A stretch of 64,000 bases of DNA from Dendrobates tinctorius. Lineage: Eukaryota. The translations under genes and the position numbers were made by a program. The stretch spans positions 20,708,001-20,772,000 of the forward strand of contig NW_027361727.1 of assembly GCF_039654945.1 (NCBI RefSeq), in the 5' to 3' direction. Shown piece by piece: positions 27,001 to 40,870 of the stretch; position 1 is the stretch's first letter, and each line of letters begins with the position of its first letter. Under the pieces are notes generated by a model. It was not told where the DNA came from, made no database searches, and saw nothing but the letters and a program-made list of their open reading frames with translations.

Positions 27001-27265
27001 CATTAAAAAAATAGTTGCTGCTCAAGAAGTGCTTTCTATTGCATCCAATGTTGTTCATAAGCTATCTCTTTGAATCCAGCATTGTATAGAAATCTTGAAA
27101 AATATTTTAAAGCGGCACCTTAAAATATAAAGCATCGGTATATTCTGACTTTGATTCCTAACTATTTGATATTTTCATCTTGCAGAGCAAAGAGGAGGAT
27201 TTCGCGGAGGCAGAGGGAGAGGTTGGGGAGGACGCGGGAATCGCAGCCGAGGCAGAGTTTATTGA
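18058..27265 (+). CDS. API5: Apoptosis inhibitor 5, complete 14-exon CDS (524 aa)
   Basis: GT-AG exons 18058-18126, 21707-21868, 22141-22234, 22448-22513, 23709-23860, 24099-24308, 24393-24497, 24608-24697, 25282-25463, 25551-25644, 25782-25838, 26038-26114, 26612-26748, 27186-27265 total 1575 nt with consistent phases. Translation MPTVEELYRNYGILADAK...AAQFIPKFFKYFPELS...RGRGWGGRGNRSRGRVY* is recognisably vertebrate API5. Confidence 0.98.
18769..19629. mobile_element. Nested inverted repeats of Penelope-like pseudo-LTR sequence in API5 intron 1
   Basis: 18769-19013 pairs with 19381-19629, 19025-19109 pairs with 19174-19260, and there is an inner hairpin at 19265-19385. Carries GATACCTTTTATTGGCTAAC and CTGAAGAAG...GAAAGCTTG motifs. 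Confidence 0.75.
19797..20022 (+). mobile_element. Short 3'-end copy of the same LINE in API5 intron 1
   Basis: Colinear with 8678-8916 (gcatgaccagctctaccctcgcctactg...catgtaaagcgccatgg.ataaatggcgc.ataataat). Confidence 0.85.
20273..20554. repeat. About 280-bp palindrome, Penelope-like
   Basis: caatcaataaaaggaaggatccagctcaac... versus ...gttgagctggatccttccttttattgattg, with GCGCGTTTCG at the centre. Confidence 0.75.
20902..21207. mobile_element. PIF/Harbinger-like MITE in API5 intron 1
   Basis: TTA|GGGTGTGTGCACACGCTGCGGATT...AATCCGCAGCGTGTGCACATACCC, TTA nearby on the right, internal TGCGG repeats. Confidence 0.75.
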
Positions 27266-29428
27266 TGTGCAGCCGCTAGAAAACTACCTGCAGTAATCGC
27301 TGTAGTAAGGATGGACTGCTGATCACTCGCCAACGGCAACAGACTTTTTAACATGAAAAGCGTTCTTTATACCTTTGTATGTACCTACCGTTTTTTGTAT
27401 ACAGATGTTGCTGCACATCCAGGATCCAGAACTGCCTCATGTGCAGAACTGCTAATACTCGCTGAATAAGACCAGAACTCTAGAATTTACCTTATGGCTC
27501 TAGGACATTCACCTGAACTTTCCAGTTGTTTTTGACATCCATGATTCAAGGGGGAGTGCAGAAATCCTTTTAAATCAAGAAATTAACTTCCATACATATG
27601 GGGGGGTTTATTGCCAAAATATGCCTTCATCACAAGGATCCGTTGCATAAGGAACCGCAAGATGTCTCCTTCCATCTCACTGTTTGGTTCTATCCAATTT
27701 AATTTTTTATTTAATTTATTTTACGGCAAAGCTGCGGCACATCAGAAGTTTTTTGCCCCTCTCCATCAAGCTATGTTTCTATTTTAATTTTTTTTTTAAA
27801 ATTTTTGAGGGTATAATGTATTATGTACCTATCATGACTGTGTATACGAGAGCTTGGAAGTATTTCTTTCGTACTTGTAATTTTGCCTTGGAAATTTTTC
27901 CAGATGTGCTACCGCTGTGTGCTGTTTTTGTGTTTATAAGTGGGAAAATACCATTTTGGGCTTTGACAAGAGCTGTTTTCTGTTTTTCTTACAATGGCTT
28001 GAATTTGAAACCTAATGTTCAGGTTACCCGGCGCCATAAGCACTCATGAAACATTCCAATATTAAAATCAGTCCTAGGCTGCTGCATGAAATGTCTTTAC
28101 TGCGAGCCACGCTTCCGGTATGACTCATTATACGTGTCCATCTGAAGCAGGGACCACACGTGCAGTTTTTGGTGCATTTTTTTTTTTTTTTTTTTTTTTG
28201 AGCTTAAACCTTATAAAATTATTCCTGGCTATGTGAAATCTTAAAGGAAGATTTGTGCTTCCTTCTGGATTCACTTCTGGCATCAGATTTCTCCCTGCCA
28301 AGCAAGTCTTCTGGAAGGATAGATTGATGCAGACCATAGCAACAAATTAAACTGTGGAATGCAGTTCTTATGAGCTCGGCGATGGTCTGGCTTTAGGGAA
28401 ATTAGGCAATAGGGATACTTAAAACGGTAGGGTGGCTATTGGGAGTGGTCAGTTATTGGATGGCTATTTTGAGCGGTCTGTTACGAGACGGTTATTGGGA
28501 GCGGTCTGTTATGGGACGGTTAATGAGAGCTGTCAGTTATGCGATGGCTGTTTTGAGCTGTCAGTTATGGGACGATTATTGAAATTTAAAGTCAACAGCT
28601 TTTTTTTTTTTTTTTCTTTGTAATTTTGAACCAGATAAAAAGGTCCTGGCTTAACCATTTGTGGTTGGCAAGTGTTCTGCCGATCATCCGTCACAGGAGG
28701 TCAAGTTTACGGCCAACCTTTTTGTAATGATAAATCTCATAAAAGACTTGTGCAGCACATCTCCTTTCGGCATTTGATGGAGAGAGATGGTGCTGTACGC
28801 TTGGCAGGAAAGGTGCCAGGGCAGACAATATTCTTGTTAATCAGTATAGGACTAGTGCACCCTACCTGCTAGGCGACTGATGGATATCTTGACAGCTATG
28901 CTGCCTGGCGCATGTATCAGTTTCTCTCCCCATCAGAAACGGAAAAGAGTCTTTGCATCAGGTATCATCATTTTGGACAGTGGTCTGTCTGACAGATCTC
29001 CCAGCCCCCACAACCTCAGTTCCAAGAGGCTTCCTACCTGCGGTTTTATTGTTATGCAGCATGTGCCCTCTGGTGGTGACTGTGTATCAGACATTTTACA
29101 GTTTAGCTCTAAGCTGTAACTTTGACTGTGCATAAAACAAAGATTCTGTAGAAGAAGAAATTATTCTCAACTTTGTTGGATATACTTAATGAACAATAAG
29201 TGTTCTAAGCTGGGCATTCACTGTAACAACGCATCACGTGCTCCCTGCCGTATCGACTACTTGTGTATGTAGTCTGGTGAGCAACACTCAGGCTTCTTGA
29301 TCCAGGTGGTGTCAAACGGAGCAGCTCTTACTGTTAGTTTTGGTCACTTATCAAATGAAAAGTTGATGTCAGGCTGGTTCAAGGGCACAGTCACACCCCA
29401 GTATTTTGGATGCTGATTACTTGAGTAA

Positions 29429-29827
29429 GGGTACGTTTCCACGTACCGTAATCCCTGCTCTTTGGATGGAACGGAAACCCCGCTCCGCCCAAAGTGCCGC
29501 CTCCTTCTGTACACGCTGTGATTCCGGATCTGCTCATTGAACACATCCGGAATTGCCGCAGCATATCCATAGAGTAGACTGTTTACCTTGCGGAGACGCT
29601 CAGTCTTCGCAAGGTAAACAGACATGCTGCAGTCTAAAAAGATATGCCGCAAGTCCGGTTTAGCGGGTGTGTCACCCGCGTATTCGGAAGCATAGTGGAG
29701 ACGGGATTTCATAAAATCCCATCCACTATGCTGGAACATCTGGCCACTGCAGATTAATCGCTGCGGCAGGACGCAGCGTTCAATCCGCAGCAAATACTGA
29801 ATGTTTCCGATACGTGGATACATGCCC
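29429..29827. mobile_element. PIF/Harbinger-like MITE
   Basis: TAA|GGGTACGTTTCCACGT...ACGTGGATACATGCCC|TCA imperfect terminal inverted repeats. Confidence 0.6.
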
Positions 29828-31299
29828 TCACACATTAGGCCCCACACTTACTTTTAGGAGGGTTTCTAGCCTCAAAGAAGAAAATTACATTACACAAATT
29901 AGTTAAAATAATGAAAAACTGGTCAAATAAGTGACTCATCGACTTCGAAGCTGTGTGGAAGCTCTTAAGGGTAACTAATGTTTTTTTTTTTTTTAATGTT
30001 TTAACACATTTTCTGCTTGGTGTTTCTGACCGTGCCATGTCTCCCATTTTTTTTCTTAGATTGCTTCTAAATACAAACTTTCCTATTTCACCCCCCCCCC
30101 CCCTAAAAGCCTGTTATTTCTTGGTAATGTATGATGTTAAAGGGAATGAGTTATCAGGAAATCTTTATTAAAAGTGAAAAAAATAGAAATCTTGCTATTC
30201 TCACCTTTTAGTCAATTTTTAAGCTCTAACTTCTTGTTTCGGGAAATTCACCTGAACATTAGCCGCAATGATCAGACTCTGATTCTTTCATTTGTATTGA
30301 AAGCTTTTAATGAGCGTGTGCAAAGGTCATTGTGAAGTGACTGGGAGGAGGTGAGCTGTGATATCCCCATCTGGTGTTATCGGCTGTGTACAGAGGGATC
30401 ATCTGTCATGGTAATGTTGCCTCTGATAAACGACACAATTTAACCCAGTAACCAGTATGAAAATGGCAAGTTTACATTTTTTTTTTAAAAATAAAATTCC
30501 TGATATATATTTTTCATATTTAAATACATAACACAAATCTTATCTGAGCAATAGGTCATTTTTTATTTACACCTTCCCCCTTTTTTTATCCACAGTTTTA
30601 CAGTGTACTGGAAAGTGTGTTTTTGTTTTGGATCTGGAAGAATTTCTATGTGCTGGAATTGGTATTTTTTTTGTGTACGTTCTCATTCACCATCGTGGCA
30701 AGAAATGAGTGTATAGTATTGATATGTGCCAACCACCAACTGGTCCGCGCACTCAGATATCATCTACTGGTTCATAATTGCCTTTAAAGAGTAGCAAAAC
30801 TTAAAAAATATATATATAATGTGTCCAGCATGGAAAGTTTCAAAAGTTTGCTAATCACATTAAGAGTTGTCTTAATTCCTGTGTATATATAAAAAAAAAA
30901 GCATGCAAATGGCTTCCAACCCCTGCCAGCTCAGCAATTGTCTCACAAAAGCAGAGTCCAGACATTCGTGTAACACGGTCTGCAATGAATGTGGCAGTCC
31001 CATATGTAACAATGAAGCTGTCAAGTTTGGGTCGAGAGCCCCTCATCCAGTCTGTACATGGATGTCTGATTTTGGCCTGACTACATGCTGCTGCAGGTGA
31101 CTACTCTGATAAGCAGCAACTGTCAAAGCCCATATATACCTTATGTGTGACCGCTGCAGCCAATCACCATTGATTGCTGCATAAGTCTCTATTTGTATCC
31201 AAAACCAGGAGTGGGTAAAAAATGCAGAAGTGGTGCAAATGTTTCTATTATGCTTTTCCTCTGACCGTTCCACTCCTGGAACTGACAGCAGTTTTAAAT

Positions 31300-31840
31300 A
31301 TATTGAGGGGGCTCTGTTTTCAAAATGGTATCACTTGTGGGGGGTTTCCAATATATAGGACCCCTAAAGTTACTTCAAACCTGGAGTGGTCCCTAAAAAA
31401 AAAAAAAAAAAAATCCATGAAAAATGATTGCTACATTTTTAAACCTCCTAAAATGCTAACAAAATAAAATAACATGTTACAAATGGTGCCGATGTAAAGC
31501 AGACATGTGGGAAATGTTATTTATGAATGTTTTGCTATGGTATGACTATGAATTAAAGAGATAATCATTCAAAGTTTGAAAATTGCTAAGTTTTTTTTTT
31601 ACATTTTTGTCAAATTTCTGAGAGAGAGAGATAGATATAGATATATAAATATATATAGATATAGATATATATATATTTTTATAAATAAAAACAACATATC
31701 AACCTAAATTTACCATTATCATAAAGTATAAATGTCACGAAAAAACAGTCTCAAACCCACTGGAATTTGTCGACACGTTTCAGTTATTACCACATAAAGT
31801 GACACTGGTCAGATTTGGCCCGGTCACGAAGGGGTAAAAA
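31300..31840. mobile_element. Probable non-autonomous piggyBac-like DNA transposon fragment
   Basis: Ends ..GGTCACGAAGGGGTAA, resembling the reverse complement of the TTAACCCCTTAATGACC terminus at 55057. Left boundary approximate. Confidence 0.4.
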
Positions 31841-33399
31841 AAAAAATGCATGTTCATACCTTTTATTGTGATCTTTTGATCTCCTACAAATGATTCCACT
31901 GATCAGTAATGCCATTTGTATGGAAAAGGCGACACCTAATGTGAACGAACAAAGTGAGGCCCACGGACACTCGCTGGTGCCACAAAATCTTATGGGTCGG
32001 GTGTCGCTAGGGGTATCAAACACAACCCATCCTGCTGGGAATAAGCACCACCTTCAGGGCTAGAGTGGTATAGCAAGCATTAGAAAAGCTAGCGTCTCAT
32101 CGTGCCCATTAGAGGCTCTCTCCCCCCCATGCTTTACACTGCAGTTTTACCTCTCAACATTGGGTGATGTGTATAAGCAGGCGACTACTGAGTGGTCACA
32201 GAATGTGTTTTTTTTTTTTTTTATATCACAAATAGTAAGGAAAAAAAAAAGTTCCCAGTTTGTTGTTGCCGTGATTGAGCTGGAGAATTGTCACCTGGGC
32301 ATTTCTCGTTCGCCTTATTGGGGGACACAGACCATGGGTGTATGCTGCTGCCACTAGGAGGCTGACGCTATGCACAAAAAAGGTTATCTCCTCCTCCGCA
32401 GTGTACACCCCACGGACAGGCAGGGAATTCCTCAGTTTAGCTTAGTGTCAGTAGGAGGTGGACACGGGTCTTTGATTAGACCCATATCTACCTCGTCGTG
32501 CGTCGTTTCTTTTCAGGTTTTTCCGGAGGGATACAGAGTGAATAGTCACATCTGTACTCCCACAAGGAGTCTGTGAGTAAGGCGTGTACTGCCACCCCGT
32601 ATCCTCGCAGATCTCCATAGCAGGACCAGCAGCCTTCCAGGCGGTCGCCAACAAGAAGCCGTGTCAGCGATTCCGAGGGTCCTTCTCTTCAGTCTCCCAC
32701 CCACTCGCCTACCAGAGCCTGTCGGTTGGACGAGACGCAGACGCCCTTCAGGAACAAGGTAGAGTTCTGGCCCGGGACGGGTAAGTATTGGGCACCATTG
32801 GCCTCCTCAGAGGGCACAGTTGCAGCGTTCCCCCTGGAGCAGGGATGCGGCAGCGCTGCGGACACCTGCGGCCTTCCTGCGCCTACAGGCAGCCTCCGCT
32901 CCCTCTTACAGCCGTCCTTTCTTCCCTGGCAGGTTTTTTTGGCGGTACCTCCGTGCCGACCCCGTGCCGACAGGCGGCCGCCGCTATTAATTTAGGCCCC
33001 GGCTTCATTTCGGGCCTACTTCAGCGTCGCAGCCACGCCCCCCGCCCCTTTCTTCTAAGCAGGCTTCTCTCCCGCCCATTCCAGGCCCTCCCAGCCTCCT
33101 TCCCTTGCACCAGCCTGTTATTGGGCGGTGCTTATTTCAGTCCAGCGGTTAGCTCCGCCCTTCTTCCCCTGGAAGTGAGCTTTTCCACTGTTCCTCTCAG
33201 GTGGTTGCCATCTTCTCAGCCTGTAAGCCGGACACCATTCTCTTGCCGGATATCGCTCCCTTGGCCTGTCAGCCGGATTTCGCTCTGGCCTGCTTCTGCA
33301 GACAAGTCGGATAGCATCGTCTCTGGGGACCGTGAGTAGCTCTGCATCTGCAGACTGACACCCTTCTCTGCCTACTGTCCCCCAACCTCCTGGCACTAC

Positions 33400-34798
33400 C
33401 TCAGTTTCTTTGCATGTTCTTCCTGCAATCGCAAACTTCCCTCAGGTCAGTCTACTCCCCTCTGCCTGGACTGTAGCAATCCAATTCAGCCTGACGCCGC
33501 TCAGGAGCCATCTATGGCCCCATGTGAGAGTGAACCCCCCATGCCTGGCTGGGCTTCGTCTCTATCACAATCAGTGGCAGACCTCACCAGGGTGTCTCAG
33601 TCCCTAGTAGCCGTTCTGGATAAGTTGCCCCTGGACACTTCTGCAGGGCCCAGCAGGTCTCAAGAGAAGACCCAGGCAGGATCTCCAGCCGGAATCCTCT
33701 TCTCGTCCCACCTCACCGCATAGTCCTCAGCAGCCTCCCTCCCGGGCCTCCTCTCACGAGTCAGGTGAAGCGTTTTCGGACAGGCCATCTGACGGGATTT
33801 TAGAGCTGGATTCGGACCAGGATGCGAACATGAAGGTTACGGTGCAGAACCTCATTGCAGCGATTCATCATACCTTCGACATCGCTGATTCCCCTGCGAA
33901 ATCCTCAGATCAGGAGGTTTCGTTCAGACGGGCGGAAACAACCACCAAGGTGTTTCCTTTCCATTCCGAGTTTGGAAAGATTTTTACCAGGGAAAGAGAA
34001 GATCCGACCAGACGCTTTCAAAGAGGAAAGCGTCTCGGCGTACTGTACCCGTTTGCTTAAGAGCTCACGGACAACTGGTCTGCTTCTCCCTCGGTGGACC
34101 CTCCTGTGTCCAGACTTTCTAATAACACGGTTCTCCCACTTTCAGGTGTGGCATCTCTAAAGGATTCTAATGATAGGATTATAGAATCCCTAGCAAAGTC
34201 TGCCTTCGAAGCGGCTTCAGCGGCGGTATGTCCAATCTTTGCTTCATCTTGGGCAGCAAAGGCCATAGCTACTTGGGCAGAGGATCTTCGTCAGGGCATC
34301 CTAGATAAAGCACAACCAGAGCGATTGGCCGATCTCGCCAATCAGATTTCCCATGCGGGGGATTATCTGCTTGCTGCTTCTCTGGATGCCGCATCTTGCG
34401 CGGTTCAGGCGTCAAGTAACGTTGTGGCAATCCGACGTACAATTTGGCTCAAGGCCTGGCAGGCGGATTTGTCTTCTAAAAAGTCTCTTACTAATCTGCC
34501 CTTTCAGGGAGTCCGTCTTTTTGGATCCCAATTGGGCCAGATTATTAAGGACGCTACCGGAGGCACGAGTTCCCTCATCCCTCAGTCCAAGCCTCGCAGA
34601 CCTCCACTAAGGCGTCAGTTTTGTCCCTTTCGGGCTTTCCGCCGTTTCAATACGGCGGAAAACCCTTCCAACCAACAAAGACCGCAGGCACGCCAGGATA
34701 TAAAGAAGGTTTCCTTCAGTCCCACTCCTTCCTGGCGATCCCACTCTTCCCAGGGCAGACCATCCAGATCCAGATCTGGACGGTCTACATCAGCATGA
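33400..34798 (+). pseudogene. DIRS ORF1 (gag-like), disrupted
   Basis: N-terminal CxxC...CxxC (CSSC...CLDC) near 33415-33477. Segments 33830-34060 and 34094-34798 (VDPPVSRLS...RRTIWLKAWQAD...LPFQGVRLFG) are separated by a stop. Start coordinate approximate. Confidence 0.75.
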
Positions 34799-34829
34799 CT
34801 ATCGTCGGACTCCCGAGGGTCCCTTCCAA

Positions 34830-36701
34830 TTGGGAGGTCGACTTCTTTTCTTCAGGGACGTCTGGCTGGCCTCCGTAGAGGACGCTTGGGTCAGGGAGGT
34901 TGTATCGTCAGGATACAAGATAGAGTTCGTTTCTCTTCCACGGGATCGTTTCTTCCAATCCCGTCCTCCAAAAGATCCAGCCTTGATCCCGGGGTTCGTT
35001 TCGGCCATCACCTCTCTTCTCAGTTCCGGGGTGATTGTGCCCGTTCCCGAATAGGAACGCTTCACAGGGTTTTATTCGAACCTATTTGTGGTGCCGAAAA
35101 AAGACGGGGCGGTCCGACCCATCTTGGATCTCAAGCTACTCAACAAGAGAGTTCACCTTTGCCACTTCCGGATGGAGACGGTTCGTTCGGTAATCGCTTC
35201 CATGGAGGAGAAGGAATTCATGTGTTCAATAGACATCCAAGATGCCTATCTACATGTGCCCATATTCTCCGGACATCAGAAGTTCCTGCGTTTTGCGATT
35301 CACCAGGAACATTACCAGTTCGTCGCGCTGCCTTTCGGGCTCGCCACCGCTCCCAGAGTCTTCACGAAGATTATGGCTGCGCTGATGGCCTTGTTGAGGA
35401 TCAGAGGTCTCGTTCTTTTTCCGTACCTCGATGATATTCTGATCAAAGCTCCCTCCTTTCAACAGGCTCGCCTAAGTTTGACGATCGTCCTAGACACCCT
35501 TTCCAGTTTCGGGTGGATCGTCAACAGGAAAAAGTCCTGTCTGGTTCCTACTCAACGTCTTGTGTTTCTGGGCCTACTGTTCGACACTCGTCGGTCAAGG
35601 GTCTTTCTTCCACAAGAGAAGATTCTTTCCCTGCAGCAGGATGTACGATCACTGCAGATCACACGATTTCCGTCCCTCCGAACAACCATGAGGGTCCTGG
35701 GGAAGATGGTGGCGGTGATAGAGGCAGTTTCCTTTGCCCAATTTCACGCCAGACCTTTCCAGCATGCCATTCTGTCGAGGTGGAACAGGTCGGCTCTGTC
35801 CCTAGATCGCCCTGTTCGTCTTTCATGCCGGATCAAGCGGTCACTCAACTGGTGGTTGACGTCTCCTCTCATCCGCTTGGGTCGGTCTTTTCTTCCCGTT
35901 CACTGGCAGATTGTAACAACGGATGCCAGCCTCCTCGGCTGGGGTGCAGTGTTCCGCAATCACACTGTTCAGGGTCGATGGTCGACTCAGGATTCACCTC
36001 TCCCGATCAACGTCCTAGAGATACGAGCGATCCATATGGTTCTCGTCCACTGGGAGAGGCTCCTCAGGGGCCTGCCTGTCCGGATTCAGACAGACAATGC
36101 CACAGCGGTGGCATATATCAACCGCCAAGGAGGGACACGGAGTGTCTCAGCCCTGGCAGAAGTGTCCAAGATTCTTCGCTGCGCAGAGATTTCCGTTCCG
36201 ACAATTTCCGCGGTACACATTCCCGGCATAGACAACTGGGCCGCCGATTTTCTCAGCCGTGAGGGTCTCACGGCGGGAGAATGGTCCCTACATCTGGAGG
36301 TGTTTCATCTGGTCTGCCGTCGGTGGGGAACCCCGGATGTAGACCTGCTGGCGTCTCGCCTCAAAAGGAAAGTCCCACAGTTTGTCTCCAGGTCCCGAGA
36401 TCCTCTGGCAGTGGGCGCCGACGCTCTGGCCGTTCCTTGGTCGCAGTTCCAACTCCCCTACCTGTTCCCTCCCCTGCCTCTTCTTCCCAAGCTGTTGAAG
36501 AGCAAAGCAGAAGGAATTCCAGTCATCCTCATCGCCCCGAATTGGCCCAGAAGGTCTTGGTTCGCGGACATTGTCAACCTTCTCGCGGACGTCCCCTGGA
36601 AGCTTCCAGACAGGGCAGATCTGCTTTCTCAAGGCCCAATTTGCCACCCCAATTCTCGGTCGCTCAATTTAACGGCGTGGCTGTTGAGACCGAGGTTTTG
36701 A
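34830..36701 (+). pseudogene. DIRS reverse transcriptase - RNase H - methyltransferase-like ORF with a premature TAG at 35052-35054
   Basis: GGRL..F...W, FVVPKKDG..RPILDL, LPFGLATAPRVFTK, YLDD, TTDAS, INVLE, TDN, N..ADFLSR, DLLAS, YLFPP. Confidence 0.9.
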
Positions 36702-36970
36702 AACGGGCAGGATTCTCCGATCGAGTAATTCATACCATGATCCGAGCCAGAAAGCCTTCATCTTCCAAGATTTATTACCGTACTTGGAAGGCCTATTTCA
36801 CTTGGTGTGAGGCCAATGACATCGCGCCCATGTATTTTTCGCTCCCTTCTGTTCTGGCGTTTCTTCAGGCAGGGCTGGATGCGGGGCTTGCCCTCAGTTC
36901 CTTGAAGGGTCAAGTTTCGGCACTGTCCATTTTATTTCAGAAGACGTTGGCCTCCCGCCCTCAGGTCAAG

Positions 36971-37715
36971 TGTGACGTTTTTAGGTAAAATAGCTACGTC
37001 GGAGAGTGGACCCTCTGGATCGCGGATCCGGAGCCCCCGGGCCGAGCACTCCAGGTGAAGACCGACCCCTATACAGGGATCGTTTGGGGCAGGACCACAG
37101 GGGACGGAAACGCAACAGCCGGAACCAAGAGGGACGGCTCCACGGACAAAAAGGACTAGGGAGAAGGATGGCTTAGATACGGACCCAGGACTGACGGACA
37201 GAGGAATGTAACACAGGGCACGGCAGGGAGGCAGAGCACGGACAAGAGGAACTACAGAGGCATGTAACACAGGCAAGGCAGGGAGAGAGCATGGACAAGA
37301 GGAACTACTGAGGCAAGGAACACTGGCAAGGCAGGGAGAGAGCATGGACAAGAGGAACTACTGAGGCAAGGAACACTGGGCACGGCAGGGAGGCAGTGAG
37401 ACAGGGAGTGGACAATAGGAACTACAGAGGACTGTAGCGGCCAGAGGGTGCAGGAGACTACACGATCATCAGGCGTCCTCCTTACAGCGAGGACGCCTGA
37501 AGTATCCTAACACCCGGAAGTGCGTCCCCCTGTCCTGCCCCTCAGCGCCGCCCACCGCTGGAGGGAGAGAGCGGGAGGGGGCGTGCGCGCGACAGGGAGC
37601 GGGTGCCAGGAGCCGCTGTGAGGAGGATCGCAGGACGGGAGCGCGCAGGTAAGAGGAAGCTGTGGCGTGCGCTGCTGCGCGAGGGACATCGGCGGGCATA
37701 GCCGCCGATGTCACA
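36971..37715 (-). repeat. 3' LTR of the chromovirus
   Basis: TGTGAC...GTCACA ends, abuts the PPT complement GTACCCCCCTCCTT, contains tandem units of about 50-60 bp. Confidence 0.95.
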
Positions 37716-40700
37716 GTACCCCCCTCCTTACGTCCTCCCCTACTGAGATTGGCCAAGAACTTTTTCAGAATCTTGGGGGCATTGATATTCTCTCGAGGCT
37801 CCCAGGACCTTTCCTCGGGACCAAAACCCTTCCAATCGATAAGAAAAAGGGTCTTTCCCTTGACTCTTTTCATAGCCAAGATGTCTTTGACCTCAAAGAC
37901 GTCCGAGGCAACTGGTGAAGGAGGGGCGATGGAAACCGGTTGGAACCGATTCAGGACTACGGGTTTCAAGAGCGAGACATGGAAAGCGTTGGGAACCCGG
38001 AGCGAAGCAGGCAACCTCAGCTTATAAGCCACTTCATTAATGCGTCCGATCACTTCAAACGGTCCAATGTACCGAGGGCTCAACTTGTAAGAGGGAACTC
38101 TCAGACGGATATGTCGAGTTGAAAGCCAGACTTTGTCACCTGGATGGTACGGAGGCACGTCCTTTCATCTTTTGTCCGCATGTTTCTTGATCCGGTTATT
38201 GGCACTCTTGAGCGCTTCCCTGGTCTCCCTCCAAATCTGCGATAATTCCAATGCGAGTGAATCAGCTGCGGGCACTCCCGTAGGCGTGGAAAAGGGTAGC
38301 GGAATACCTGGTTTTTGTCCGGTTACCACAAAGAATGGTGACTTGGCGGTAGATTCGCTGGGATGGTTATTGTGCGAGAATTCAGCCCAATGTAGGAGCG
38401 CGACCCAATTGTCCTGATGGGCGTTGGAGAAGTGACGTAAGAAGGTAGTTAACACCTGATTAATTCGCTCCACTTGCCCGTTGGTCTGAGGATGGTATGC
38501 AGAGGAGAAGTCGAGAGACGTACCCATAAGCCGGCAGAGAGCCCTCCAGAAGCGAGAGGTGAACTGGACCCTCCGATCCGACACAATCCGCTGAGGAAGA
38601 CCATGTAGCCTGAAGATCTGGTGGATGAAGATCTCGGCCAACTTCGGGGCGGACGGCAGTCCCGGTAAGGGAACAAAGTGGGCCATCTTGGAAAAACGAT
38701 CAGCTACGACTAAGATGGTGATACATCCAGCTGAGCGGGGTAAATCGGTCACAAAATCCATAGCGATTTGCTGCCAGGGAGCCTCTGGAACTGGTAATGG
38801 GTGAAGAAGACCGGAGGGCAAAGCCCTAGCCACCTTGCTCTGGGCACAGGTTGTGCACGAAGCTACATAGTCCATCACATCCTGGCGAAGCGTGGGCCAC
38901 CAGTAATACCGGGAAAGCAGCAAGAGAGTCTTCTTAGTCCCAACATGTCCAGCAACTTTGGAGGAATGCCCCCAGCGTAGCACCTCTGAACGTCTGCCTT
39001 GAGGAACGAAAGTTTTACCAGGCGGAGGAGTGGAAAAATTCACAGGAGCCACGGTGATCATCTTAGTAGGCTCGATAATATAGGATGGGTCTTCATCCCT
39101 CTCTGGTGACTGTAACGACCTGGAAAGGGCATCAGCCTTGATGTTCCTATTACCAGGTCGAAAGTGAAGTTGAAAGTCAAAGCGGGAGAAATACAGGGCC
39201 CACCTGGCTTGCCGGGCATTGAGTCTTTGGGCAGACTGCAGGTAAGCCAGATTCTTGTGGTCCGTAAGGATGGTGAAGGGATGTACAGCCCCCTCGAGTA
39301 AATATCGCCATTCAGCCAAGGCCATCTTAATCACAAGTAATTCCCGGTCTCCAATGGAGTAGTTGCACTCCGCAGGCGAAAAGGTTTTAGAAAAGAAGCC
39401 GCAAGGGACCAGGCGCCCGGATGAAGCCAGCTGGGACAGGACCGCCCCCGCTCCAGTGGAGGAGGCGTCCACCTCTAGGACGAAGGGCCTGCTGGTCACT
39501 GGCCGATGCAAGATGGGTGCCGATGCAAAAGAACGTTTCAGAGCCAGGAAGGCGTTTTCAGCTTCGGGGGACCAGCTGTTGGGTTTCGTTCCCTTACGGG
39601 TCAAGGACGTGATGGGTCTAGTAACCGTAGAAAAATGAGGCACAAATTGACTGTAATAGTTTGCGAACCCAAGGAACCGCTGGATGGCCTTTATCCCCAC
39701 TGGACGGGGCCACTTGAGTACCGCACTGAGTTTTTCGGGATCCATCTTCAGACCGGAATCAGTGACGATATATCCCAAGAAGGGCAATGACGTCTGCTCA
39801 AAAAGGCATTTCTCAATCTTGGCATAGAGTCGATTCTCTCGAAGGCGATGCAAGACCAAGCGTATGCTCTTGCGATGGGAGGACAGATTGGGCGAGAAAA
39901 CGAGAATGTCGTCTAAATACACCACCACACAGGAATAGAGCAGATCCCGGAACACCTCGTTGATAAATTCTTGAAACACAGCTGGTGCATTGCAAAGACC
40001 GAATGGCATGACTAAGTATTCATAATGCCCGTCACGGGTATTGAAGGCCGTTTTCCACTCATCCCCTGCGTGGATCCGGATCAAATTGTAAGCTCCCCGC
40101 AGATCTTACTTCGTGAAGATCCGAGCTCCTCTCAGCCGGTCAAAGAGCTCAGGAATCAACGGAAGGGGATATCGGTTTTTAACGGTGATATTGTTTAGGC
40201 CCCGGTAATCTATACAAGGCCGCAGTGATCCGTCCTTCTTCCGGACGAAGAAAAAACCCGCGCCCGCAGGAGAAGAGGACTTCCGGATGAACCCCTTGGT
40301 CAGGTTTTCCTGAATGTATTCCGTCATGGCAGAGGTCTCGGCTGGAGAAAGAGGGTACGTTCTTCCTCTGGGAGGGACAGCCTAGGGAATCAGGTCGATA
40401 GGGCAGTCATAGGACCGATGTGGAGGCAGGGAATCCGCTTCCTTCTTGCAGAAAACATCAGCGTAGGCGTGGTAAGGAACAGGAAGGCCCGGAAGATCGG
40501 TTGGCTTAGGCAAAGAATGGGGACAAACAAGGGTCCGCAAACAGCGTGCATGGCAGGCGTGCCCCCAGCGCAAGATCTCCCCGGAGCGCCAGTCGACAAC
40601 TGGCTCATGCCGCCTGAGCCAAGGTAACCCTAAGAGAATGGCGTGGGATAGTTGAGGCAGGACATAAAAGGCAATCTTCTCGGAGTGAAGTGCACCAATT

Positions 40701-40870
40701 TGTAGCTCAACTTCAGTGGTAACCGTGGTGATGAGTCCAGGCAGAGGTTTGCCATCGACGGAGGTGATAGCTCGCGGATTTCTTAAGACGACCACGGGAA
40801 TCTGGAGTTTGTCCACCTCTTCCTGGCGGATGAAGTTGCCTGCTGCGCCCGAGTCCACATACGCTTCCAC
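37469..40870 (-). pseudogene. Chromovirus pol (protease, RT, RNase H, integrase, chromodomain) in four ORF pieces
   Basis: ORF track pieces 40382-40870, 40106-40327, 38165-40084 and 37469-38158. Chromodomain FEVKDILAMKRVKGKTLFLIDWKGFGPEERSWEPRENI. Confidence 0.92.

Noticed and set aside
32788-33396. ORFs in the DIRS 5' region and antisense ORFs across both retroelements
   Set aside because: GC-rich leader or shadow frames of TE genes with no independent motifs.
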